From: Octopus sinensis | Lineage: Eukaryota | Assembly: GCF_006345805.1 (NCBI RefSeq) | Contig: NW_021831903.1 | Coordinates: forward strand, 1-51,609 | Reading direction: 5' to 3' | Length of the DNA stretch: 51,609 nucleotides | Shown here: positions 40,037-51,578 of the stretch, one piece after another | How the letters are laid out: every line of letters starts with the position of its first letter | How positions within the stretch are numbered: the stretch's first letter is position 1 | Notes under the pieces: model-generated | Told to the model about the DNA's origin: nothing | The model's input: only the letters and a program-made list of their open reading frames with translations | Databases searched by the model: none | Position numbers and translations under genes: made by a program

Positions 40037-40854
40037 TGAAGCAAGGTTTGTTCACTTCTATTGAAGATACCCTGGACGAGAAATATACAAATCTAACAAC
40101 GATGAAACTCAGAGATGAAAGGAGGGATGAACAAAAAGATGTGCCCCACGAGATCTTTGATGGAAAAGGTAGCAGAGCAATGATTTATTTGTATTTATCG
40201 GCCAAGTGTCGATAAGAATAATCGGTCACAGATAGTCAGATACAGATTTGTCTTGCAAGAATTTGTAGCAAGGCAACTGCAGAAAGCTCTCTGCAAAGGA
40301 TGTCTAATTTCCGAAAGAAGCAAGCATTGTCCACTTCTATTGTAGATACCCTGGACACGAAATATACGCATGTAACAATGGCGAAATATTTCAAACTCAG
40401 AGATAAAAGGAAGAATGAACAAAGGATGTGTCCCACGAGGACAATGATGGATATGTCAGCAAGACAATGCCGCATTTGCGTTTATCGGTGAAGTATCGAT
40501 AAGGATAATCTGTCACAGATAGCCAGATACAGATCTCTCTTGCAAGAATTTGTAGCGATGCATATACTGTTACACGGCTGTACGATAGGGTAGGGCTGAA
40601 ATGTGGTCGCCCTACGTGTCAGGTAAAGAGGAAATCTACAGTATGGTCTGCAAACAAGATACCTTAATTACAGTGATGCAAGTATGGAATGCCGTATGGA
40701 GAAGATAACCACTGGTCTTCGGTATTAAACACCTAATTTGGGGGAAGACCAAATTACCAGAGGGCGGGGAGGCGATCAGGAATGAGAGTTATTAAAAAGA
40801 AAATTCACCAGAAACCGGCGCAGAAATCTTGATCCGAATAAACACACACACACA

Positions 40855-40885
<31 letters not shown>

Positions 40886-40890
40886 GAACA

Positions 40891-40953
<63 letters not shown>

Positions 40954-40967
40954 TATCTATCTATCTC

Positions 40968-41029
<62 letters not shown>

Positions 41030-41043
<14 letters not shown>

Positions 41044-41285
41044 CTATCTATGTATCTAACGGGAAAGATTACGAAAATAAACAAAAGACGTAGGCAGGTG
41101 GAGTACAAACAAACAAATGTATTAGTATAGCGCTCAGGAATAGAAATAGAAAAAGTCTTTTACGTTTCGAGCCTACGCTCTTCGACAGAAAGATACACAG
41201 AAAAAAAACAAGGAGAGAAACAAGAAGAGAAAAAAAATGCGTGTAGGAGCTAACGATCAATCATGGCATCCTGACTTCGGGCATC
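41030..41285 (-). mobile_element. Penelope-like terminal repeat, family X, copy 1
   Basis: Homologous to 45340-45600 (+) and 46370-46555 (-); carries the motif at 41156-41193. Confidence 0.7.
41156..41193 (-). ncRNA. Mini type I hammerhead-like motif, family X
   Basis: TCTTT-CTGTCGA-A-GAGC gtag GCTC-GAAAC-GTA-AAAGA. Confidence 0.62.
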
Positions 41286-41307
41286 TATCTAACTATTAAT
41301 GTGTGTG

Positions 41308-41351
<44 letters not shown>

Positions 41352-41456
41352 TAAATAAGGGTAGACATTGATATTAATCAATTAAAACCAGTGGCCTAGC
41401 ATATTTAAAAAAATTTGAAGATTAAAACTTTTTGTTACATACAAAACTTATAGGAA

Positions 41457-41720
41457 TGATCATTAAATGTGGACAGCCTATACGCTAGATATAGACGTTA
41501 AAATTGCCATTTTCCACGAAGTATGTGTTCTCAAGAAAAAAAAAACTCATTAAAAACCAAAATGTGAAAATAAGAATTTGTCTTTCATTTTTCATTTGTC
41601 TTGCTTAATTTTACGCTTTGGTTTTTTGCTGAGTTTTTTTTCTTGAGAACACATTCTTGGTGAAAAATGGCGATTTTCACGTCTATATCTAGCGTATAGG
41701 CTGTCCACTTTTAGTGGTCA
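41457..41720. repeat. Fold-back element, ~105-bp inverted arms with a ~55-bp spacer
   Basis: GTGGACAGCCTATACGCTAGATATAGACG... (41469) versus ...CGTCTATATCTAGCGTATAGGCTGTCCAC (to 41708). Confidence 0.9.
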
Positions 41721-41782
41721 GTACTTGTATCTGCGCGTTTATGTATATATTTAAACTAGTAAATATGTATATATATATAGAG

Positions 41783-41835
<53 letters not shown>

Positions 41836-41989
41836 TATAGATAGATAGATACATGCATACATACATATATATATATATACTTATATACATACATGTATAT
41901 ATGTATATATTGTTTGTATATGCATGTACATTTATCTGTATATCTATCTATATGTATATATATAAATATATATATAAATATAATATATA

Positions 41990-42044
<55 letters not shown>

Positions 42045-42892
42045 CAAATTTATATGGATGTATCTATGTATGTATGTCCACATGCATATTGATAACATCC
42101 GTGATTTGGTATTTATTTAAGCAGAACTATATAATTCAATATACAGTCCAACGATTTATCATCGTCATCGCCATGATCCACCGTTCTCCCCTTCGTTCTC
42201 CTCCTCCTCCTTCTCCCCCTTCCTTTCCTCCTCCTACACTTACTCCCATACTCAGCAACAACAACAACAACAACAACAACGCCAACGGCATCATCGTTGT
42301 TAATATGTGAACCACTTCTCCCTATAAGAAACACGTACATTTGGCAGGAACATCTGTGTCCGATAGCTAATGCTGATATACACATAACGAATTAGTCAAC
42401 GAATCAAGGCAAACACATGAGAAATACAGCGGTCAGCTAATACTCAACGTTCACGTGTAAGCTATGACGTAAGAGCAACGAAAATTGGCAAATTTGCTAT
42501 TGCGTAACGAGAGGATATTGTTTAGAATCTTCGCTAATCACTTATCTTAAGCAAAGCCAAAGAGCGCTGTCCACACTAACATGGTTTACTAGATTCCCTC
42601 GATTTCACTTGAATAGATTTAAACTATTGGCAACCAATAAGTTTTGTTTGGCGAAGCGATCGTAAAATGATTACAGATGGAAAAGGGAGTGAAATAGGAC
42701 GTCTGGTGTTGTTTTAGATAGATATAGATACGGATGTGTGGAGCGGAGGATTTGGTTCGTGTGTGAGAGAAATGATTGGAAAGGCAGATGTAGAAGGAGA
42801 ATATTTCATGTGTGTACTTCTTCTTTCACCAATATCCATATTTGGATATAATAATGATAATAATGATAATAATAATAATAATAATAATTATA

Positions 42893-43101
42893 ACCTCCGC
42901 AAAATACTTTCTATGTAATCTCAAGGTTTAAAACAAATCTTTTTTTTTAAACATTCACTAGTACAACACCAAACAAATCCCCAAATATATGGTACTCAAG
43001 GCATAACAACAACGTGAACTTCCAACCTGTTGTCTCTTGAGGTCTCTGGGTGAGACTTGGAGCCAACTTGTACAAATATAAAGCAAAAGTCAAACATAGA
43101 A
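42893..43101 (+). mobile_element. 3' end of an R4/Dong-like non-LTR element in (TAA)n
   Basis: Last codons LRKILSM* match the family C-terminus, followed by a 3' UTR and flanked by TAA runs. Confidence 0.55.
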
Positions 43102-43179
43102 TAATAATAGTAATAATAATAATATAATAATAATATAATAATAATAATAATATAATAATAATATAATATAATAATAATA

Positions 43180-43502
43180 AAAGAAATGGAGAAACTCTCA
43201 AAATACAAAGACCTGGAAATAGAGATAACTAGAATGTGGAACCTGAAAACAGAAACAATTCCTATCATAGTAGGTGCATTAGGCATGATAAAAAAATATT
43301 CAGACAAATACATAACAAAAACACCAGACTTACAACACATATAACATACCGAAAATTTCACTACTAGGCACTGCACACATCCTACGCAGAACACTTTCCA
43401 TACAATAACCATCAGAGCATCAGAACAAATCACAGCACATACCCAAGGCACACAGAGCTGCGCTCGGTAGTGAAGTGAAAGCACGCTATAAAAATAAAAC
43501 TG

Positions 43503-43506
<4 letters not shown>
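43180..43506 (+). mobile_element. 5'-truncated R4/Dong-clade non-LTR retrotransposon (restriction-like endonuclease C-terminus)
   Basis: KEMEKLSKYKDLEIEITRMWNLKTETIPIIVGALGMIKK, then after a frameshift KISLLGTAHILRRTLSIQ*; (TAA)n on both sides. Confidence 0.88.
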
Positions 43507-43561
<55 letters not shown>

Positions 43562-43611
43562 TGATGATGATGATGATGTCTGCTAAAGGCCCAAGGGGAC
43601 TAGTCGATCAC

Positions 43612-43885
43612 ATCGAGCGACATGAGCATTTGTTGTGGACATAATGTTTCGGCGAAAGAATTTGGCAAGCTCAGAAAAATATAAAGATTTATTCGTTTAA
43701 GCGGAAACAAAATGTGGCATCTGAACTGATTTATATTACCAATGATTGTAGGAGCACTTGGAATGCTAAAAAAAGGAGCTGGAAATTATTTGAGAATAAT
43801 CCCTGATTTACCACCCATGAAAACGTTGCAAATTGATTTAACGGGTACATAACATGTATTGAGAGGAGCATTGTGGATGTGAAAA
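43612..43885 (+). mobile_element. Older divergent R4/Dong-like endonuclease fragment
   Basis: DMSICCGHNVSAKEFGKLRK/YKDL ... PMIVGALGMLKKG ... LTGT*HVLRGAL, with frameshifts and stops. Confidence 0.75.
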
Positions 43886-44138
43886 CGATCAAAGTCCATT
43901 TTTTCCATTTTCCTTTATCTCCCTTCTTGATTCTTCTTTCTTTCTTTCTTTCTTTTTTTCTTTCTTTCTTAATTTCTCTTTCACATAACATGATATTGAA
44001 AATGAGCAATTATGTGGTGTGATTATTTTAATAGCTATCAATGAGTTCCTTCGCTGTAGGTGTCGGGACAAGACATGGAGTGGAAACAAGAAATGGAAAC
44101 AAAACTGAAGAAGGACTAATAATAATAACAACAACAAC

Positions 44139-44180
<42 letters not shown>

Positions 44181-44193
44181 TAATAAAGACGAA

Positions 44194-44998
44194 GAGCGCG
44201 ATTCGATTGTAATAGATACTTTATTGGTTGAACGATATTTCGACAGTGTGTTTGTCGAGTTCAAAATAAGAGGTGATCAAAATTGAAAGTTAAAGAAATT
44301 TAAATTCAAGGTATGAACGAGAGCAACCAGCGTCCACACGATGATAGAATGACATCATCATCCTTTAAGTTTCAATTTTATAACAGGCGAAAAGAAAAAG
44401 AGAGAAAAATGACAGAAGAAAAGAGGAACGAGAAATGAAAAGGAAAAAGAAGAATATTTAATCAAACAGTTTTGTATAAATTTGATGATATTCTCCTGTC
44501 ATTCTTACTCATTCCTCTACGATATGATGTTAATAACCCGCAAATATATTTCTCTTCGTGAATTCCGAGAACGGAAAATGAAGCCAGATTCAGAATATTT
44601 TCTGAGAACATGCAGTTTCAAGTCTTTCTCAACAACATGAGTCAAGTGAAATCCATCAGGAATTATAACAGAAATGTTAGGATTTATACAGAATCTGTGA
44701 CATGTAGAGATTCCCATTTGGTTTAAGCAGCAGAATGCACGAAACGCAACATGATTTATGTTGGTTGTACAACAGAACAATTAAACGAAAGGTTTAATGA
44801 GCACAGATATGACGTCAGGCACAATAGCAGTAATTCGAGAGAACTTGCCGAAAATTTCGCTTCAAACGGCAGCAATTTGAATTTAAATTTCTATAATTTT
44901 GAATTTTTATTGCCTCTTATTTTGAACTTGACACAAGACAGACTTACTGTCGAAATATCGTTGAACAAATAAAAGATCTATTACAATCGAATCGCGCT
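44194..44998 (+). mobile_element. Truncated Penelope-like element with a decayed GIY-YIG endonuclease
   Basis: 44691-44870 reads ESVTCRDSHLV*AAECTKRNMIYVGCTTEQLNERFNEHRYDVRH; ~80-bp inverted repeat 44194-44274 versus 44913-44998. Confidence 0.85.
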
Positions 44999-45066
44999 TT
45001 CCTTCTTGACTGTTTACCTTTGTGAAGAGTTACGTCAATCCTTTTTTAAATATAATAATAATAATG

Positions 45067-45102
<36 letters not shown>

Positions 45103-45123
45103 TAATAATAATAATAAAAATAA

Positions 45124-45154
<31 letters not shown>

Positions 45155-45339
45155 AAGGAGGAGGAGAAGAAGAAGAAGAAGAAGAAGAAGAAGAAAGTGA
45201 AAGCAAATATATATGTGTATATTATACATACTAATACATACACCAACCCTATACATACACACATCCAGACCCCTCCCACGCACTTTTAGCTGGTCCCTCA
45301 ACCCATTTATCAACCCTATTATCTCCCCTTATTTCGCTC

Positions 45340-45600
45340 TCGCGTCTCATGTTTGATCTTTGACCTCTGGCCGAAATCAGATCGCCATGTTGATTCGTTA
45401 GCTACTGCACGCATTTTTTTTTCTCTCCTTCTTTCTGTGTTTTTCTCTCTCTGTGTATCTTTCTGTTGAAGAGCGTAGGCTCGAAACGTTAAAGACTTGT
45501 TTTATTTATATTTCTGAGCGCCATACTAATACAATTGTTCGTTTGTTTTCCACCTGCCTTCGTCTTTTGTTTATTTTCATAAAGCTTCCCGTTATATATA
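45340..45600 (+). mobile_element. Penelope-like terminal repeat, family X, copy 2
   Basis: Homologous to 41030-41285; ends in (TA)n. Confidence 0.7.
45458..45495 (+). ncRNA. Mini type I hammerhead-like motif, family X
   Basis: TCTTT-CTGTTGA-A-GAGC gtag GCTC-GAAAC-GTT-AAAGA. Confidence 0.6.
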
Positions 45601-45677
45601 TATATACATATATATGTGTGTGTCTGTGTCTGTGTGCGAGAGTGTGTGTGTGTTTGTTTGCGAGAGTGTGTGTGTGG

Positions 45678-45724
<47 letters not shown>

Positions 45725-46253
45725 GTGTGTGTGTGCGTGTAGGCATTTATTTTCAAACAAAATTTCAGTGCATTTTTCTTTATAATTTTCACTACATATC
45801 GCAACGTGCAAAAATTTCCTCTTTGTGCGTGCGTGTGTCTTTGTGGGTGGGTGAGTGTTCGGCTGTTGCTAGGATTAGCAAAAACCGTACTCAGTCTAGT
45901 GAGAAATAAATATCATTTAAATGAATATAAGGAGTTATACATCGGCTGCTTCAGCTTTCACGCTCAGACAGTGCAATAATTGAATGGCTTTGCAGAACGT
46001 TCCGTGCACAAGTCAGAAATTGCTGAAGCTTAAATGACGTGGCTTCTATGTGAGAAAATACGAGAAAACAAGAAGATAAGAAAATTTAAAGAGAAGCGTG
46101 TTAGGTTGAAGAACTGCACTCGAGTTCGGAGATGTTTTACAAGCCGTAAATATCCTGACAATATTCTGTTATCGGAGACTCCTCGACACCGGATGAAGCA
46201 TACAGTTTAACGCTCTTTAGCCTTGCTTCATTCGTTAAGCACATTTTTATTTA

Positions 46254-46595
<342 letters not shown>

Positions 46596-46602
<7 letters not shown>

Positions 46603-47256
46603 TATATTGAGGGTACTACTATTCGTAGATACCAACACGCTAAGAGGGACCAATGCGGTCAAAACTACTAAAAATAAACAAAATTTTACCGAATGCAAAG
46701 CTTCAAAACACATCATTTTAAAAAAGAATTCAGTTACATATCACATGTGATTTCGCATTTAATGCAGAATATGCATTTCATGTTCATCAGTGCAACAAAC
46801 TCAAGAAATATAAGAGAAAACATAACATTACAATCTCGATAGCCAACCATAGAATTCGTCGTAGCATGTACGAATGTTTATCTTTACATATCTATGAAAA
46901 TGGCGGGCTTATTCGCAATGCATTTCGGTAACAAATTGTCTAGTCGGAATAAAAATTCAGTATTGAACTATTCCGGTGAAAAATATAAATTAACAATTGA
47001 GGATAAAATCTTTAAAAGAAATTATCAGTAGTCAGCGTGAAAAACCTCGTAAGAAAAAAAATCCGTAAATTCTTCCTCTTTGAAAATATTCATTTATATT
47101 ATATTGAGGGTACTACTATTCGTAGATACCAACACGCTAAGAGGGACCAATGCGGTCAAAACTACTAAAAATAAACAAAATTTTACCAAATGCAAAACTT
47201 CAAAACACATCATTTTAAAAAAGAATTCAGTTACATATCACATGTGATTTCGCATT
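46596..47256 (-). mobile_element. Hammerhead-bearing element: partial tandem of a 497-bp unit with 164-bp direct repeats
   Basis: 46596-46759 equals 47093-47256 apart from two A/G differences seen; both ends abut (TA)n. Confidence 0.8.
46733..46796 (-). ncRNA. Type I hammerhead ribozyme with intact core
   Basis: GTTGCA-CTGATGA-a CAT ga AATGCA tattc TGCATT aa ATG c-GAAA-TCACATGTG-ATA-TGTAAC: stem I 6 bp (one G.U), stem II 3+6 bp, palindromic stem III ATCACATGTGAT, AUA triplet. Confidence 0.82.
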
Positions 47257-47666
47257 ATATATATATATATATATATGTACATAAAAAAAATATATAAAGA
47301 CAATGCCGTAGAAATAGAGAATAATGCATCTAAGATATAGATTTTTATAAGCACAAAACAACAGAATATATTTTAACTGGGAAAGACAGACTGAAAGTGT
47401 AAATCTAAAATATACTAAACAAACAATTGGAGCGAGAAACCATTCTGTGGCCAATTACAATGAACCAATTCCACAAGCAGAGTTGAGAGAAAAGAAAAGC
47501 CAGTAACGGAAGGCTCAATCACACTACACATGATCGAGGTGTCGATGTGTATTCACAAATATTTATGTAGAGAATAAACTGCACTTCGTTGGTTACGATG
47601 ACAATCGTTCCAGTTAATCTAATGAATGGAACAACAGAGTCGTGAAATTAACGTTAAGAATAATGT

Positions 47667-47822
47667 GGAAGCGCAATGGCCCAGTGGTTAGGGCAGCGGA
47701 CTCGCGGTCGTACGATCGCGGTTTCGATTCCCAGACCGGGCGTTGTGTGTGTTTATTGAGCGAAAATATCTAAAAGCTCCACGACGCTCCGGCATGGGGT
47801 GGTGATCTCTGCTGTACTCTTT
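47667..47822 (+). mobile_element. SINE family B, 5' part
   Basis: GGAAGCGCAATGGCCCAGTGGTTAGGGCAGCGGACTCGCGG head. Confidence 0.88.
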
Positions 47823-48453
47823 CACCAGCGAATAGTTTTAGCAGAATGATCATTTTTCCTTTGTAACTTATACACCAAGTTTGCATCGCACGTAACGTAC
47901 ATATACATGTGTGTGTGTGTGTGTTTGTGGTATGGTGGTATGGTGTGTGTGTGTGTGTCTGTGTGTCGTGACACAAAGTTGTGACAGAAACGTGATCAAG
48001 TATAGAAAGTCTTACATAGATGTTTGGTTGCCGAAACGATTTTTGTCTATTAATCCCAAAACATGAATAACATTTTAATATTTAGCATTATATGAATATA
48101 CATAAAATATATACAAAAATGAAAGAGCAAAAGTTTTATTTTATTCTATATTATTTCATTTAATTTTAAATTAATTATTTTTTTTTATTATTCCAGTAAG
48201 TTAGTTAAATATATCTTAAATCGAATTCTGATAACGGAAAGAGACTAAGACATAAATAACGAATTAAATATAGCTAATTACATTGATCATATTTCATCTC
48301 GATAGATTTCAACAAAGAAAGTTACACACACAAAAAAAAAAAGAAATTATTCACATATGGCTTCGTGTAAGTAAAACTATGTGTATGAATGGACCAATCT
48401 TTGTTTATATGTACGAATAGACCATATATATATATATATATATACATACATAA

Positions 48454-48489
<36 letters not shown>

Positions 48490-48522
48490 GTATGTGTATA
48501 TATATCTATATGTGTGTATATA

Positions 48523-48554
<32 letters not shown>

Positions 48555-48595
48555 GCATATGTATGTATATATATATGTGTGTATATAAATATATG

Positions 48596-48649
<54 letters not shown>

Positions 48650-48848
48650 ACATATATGTATATATATATAATGTACAGATACATAGAAGGATAATATCTG
48701 TGAACTAATTCTCGGAACTGTTTGTATATGTGTTTCTGTGTTCGTAAATGTTTCCGTATATAATACTTACACGCAGATGTATCTATATCCGTCAACCTAC
48801 ACTTCGATCTTACTCTATATGTGCATATAAAAAGCGAGACAGGCAGAC

Positions 48849-48879
<31 letters not shown>

Positions 48880-48974
48880 TAGAAATATAGGTAGATAGAT
48901 AGATAGATAAATAGATAAATAGATACATAGATAGATAAATAGATATACATATAAACATGCGTATGAAGATATAT

Positions 48975-49020
<46 letters not shown>

Positions 49021-49211
49021 GCATGATCTTTGAAGAATGTTATTTTACTTTTGTTTCAGAGATAATAATCAGCTTTAAGAATAATTCATCTTAAAATATA
49101 AAAATACATGACAACGGATATATATGTATTTATGTACGTATTTATATATACATATATATATATATGTGTGTGTGTCAGTTTCTGCGAGTGTGTTTTATAA
49201 ATGTATCTTTG

Positions 49212-49261
<50 letters not shown>

Positions 49262-49458
49262 TTTATCTGTGAGATTTTGGCATCTGAAGATGAAAAACGG
49301 AAACAGTTTCAAAGACGGAATGAGAAGAGTACATAGATATATTTTTAACGGAAAGTCTTTATATAGAAATAATTTGGTTTCAAAGAATTTATCTGCAGAT
49401 CGCAACTATGTAACTTCTTTTAAGTACAAGTCTAAAACTGCAAGTCTGGAAGTCTATA

Positions 49459-49494
<36 letters not shown>

Positions 49495-49638
49495 CACACA
49501 AATACACATATGTGTGTGTGATGTTGATGTTCTCACACACGCACACAGATATATGTATAGATATACTCGTTTACTATTTTATTAGTTTCAGTCAATTGAC
49601 TGCGGCCATGCTGGAAGCCACCTTTAGTCGAACAAACC

Positions 49639-49868
49639 TATTTCTTTATTACCCACAAGGGGCTAAACACAGTGGGGACAAACAAGGACAGACATAGGTA
49701 TTAAGTCGATTACATCGACCCCAGTGCGTAACTGGTACTTAATTTATCGACCCCGAAAGGATGAAAGACAAAGTCGACCTCGGCGGAATTTGAACTCACA
49801 ACGTAACGCAGACGAAATACCGCTAAGCATTTCGCCCGGCGTGCTAACGTTTCTGCCAGCTCGCCGCC
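49639..49868 (-). mobile_element. SINE family A, young full-length copy nested in a family C tail
   Basis: 17-bp TSD CTTTAGTCGAACAAACC at 49622-49638 and 49874-49890; near-identical to the 6072 and 8269 copies. Confidence 0.93.
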
Positions 49869-50276
49869 TTTGTCTTTAGTCGAACAAACCGACCCTAGAT
49901 CTTATTCTATGGGTCTCTTTTGTCTACGGGTACCTACACAAGCTAAAATCGGTTGTGAGGGGACAAACACAGAAATATATACATATACATACATGTATAT
50001 CGACGAAGACTTTTATATAGCATTTCAGGTCTCATTATTTTCCTCAAACTATTTCCGCTGCTGTATAACCCAACGTCGCTTCGATATGACGGTGGACAGA
50101 TAGGTACAAACATAGGCCGTTAACTTACGAGAACCAAAATTTTATCTGTTTAGTAATGTATCAGTGTATTTTTCTAATTTTAAGTGGTATATGTGTCTGT
50201 GTATATGTATATATATATGAACACACACACAAAATATATATATATAATATATATTATATATAGTATATGTATAGAG

Positions 50277-50310
<34 letters not shown>

Positions 50311-50598
50311 TAAATTGAATATTAATTTAATTAATATCAATTTAAAACCAGTAACGTAGCATATAAAAATCTGAAAAATCAGAGAAAATTTAAATCCAAA
50401 TTTAAATGTTAAAATAATTATGTTCTCTAATAGGCAATATTGACCGCAGTAAACTATTTGCTGCAGAATTGTTTCCGGGATTTAGCGCGCCAGAACTCAT
50501 TTGAAATTAACCCCAATGTAATCGGTGGAACTAAGCACGTGTCTGGTTTTATACAGAAAAATAGTGGTTAGTTTTACAAATTGTATTGTTTTTAGAAC

Positions 50599-50674
50599 GA
50601 TCGTACTGATGAATCTACGGACGAAGGATTACGTAAGTAATTTATTCGGTAATAGACGAAACCGGTATACGATT
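50599..50674 (+). ncRNA. Type I hammerhead ribozyme with intact core and extended stem II
   Basis: ATCGTA-CTGATGA-a TCTA...CGAA GGATTAC gtaa GTAATTT a TTCG...TAGA c-GAAAC-CG-GTA-TACGAT: perfect 6-bp stem I, palindromic ACCGGT, GUA triplet. Confidence 0.85.
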
Positions 50675-50845
50675 AATTCTTGATTTTATGTCATTTTCAT
50701 CTGTCTTGCCCGCCTATGTTCTGGTGTCCGCTGAATTTTCTCTGGAGACATTCTTTCTTGTAGTTAGATCGTATGTGATCTACATAGTTGTTTTCAGCCC
50801 TAAATATACACATGTATATATATATAAGTATATATATATTATATA

Positions 50846-50889
<44 letters not shown>

Positions 50890-51088
50890 GTATATATATA
50901 TGTATATATGTGCGTGTGTGTTTATGTATGTATGTTTATATGTATACATATGCTTATCTTTACGAATTACGAATTAAGTTTTATTGATATCTATTTAACT
51001 ATCATTTACCTCTTTCTTTTATTCTCACTCAGTTTTAAATCAAATCTCTGTACCTATACATATGTGTATGTATGTGCGTGTATGCTTG

Positions 51089-51119
<31 letters not shown>

Positions 51120-51578
51120 ATTTATATATATATATAAATATACATATATATATATACTTATACATATATACGCATATCTAGTTGTACATATACATTAATG
51201 CATGTGTGTAAGCACATGTGTGTTTGTGTGTATATGTATATATATAGATATAGATATAGATATAGGTATATGTTCAATATGTATATGCATAACAAATATG
51301 ATAATATATTAGATGTATACATATATATAGATAGATACATGCAATAGTATGAATGCACAAACACCAACACACACACACACATATATATAAATATATATGT
51401 GTGTGTGTGTGTGTTGGTGTGCATGTGTGTGCCTGTGTATCATATGAATTTATATATGTATATACATATATTAGGCACATCGATACATAGATTTGTTAAA
51501 TAAAAACATATATGCATACATCTATCTATCTATAAAAATATATGTCGTTTGTGTATATACGTATACATATATATAATA

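Noticed and set aside
47667-47745. Functional tRNA gene (also 7072, 20550, 26743, 39975)
   Set aside because: A/B boxes are present but the acceptor and anticodon stems do not pair properly, and each head continues into a shared repeat body, so these are SINE heads.
49284-49313. Hammerhead-like CTGAAGA...GAAACAGTT
   Set aside because: Stem II and stem I do not pair in register; at best a very decayed copy.
50596-50632. 37-nt micro-exon (TTTAG|...TTAC|GTAAGT, NDRTDESTDEGL)
   Set aside because: It lies inside the hammerhead fold, and the GTAAGT is the stem II loop; the ribozyme explains the sequence better.
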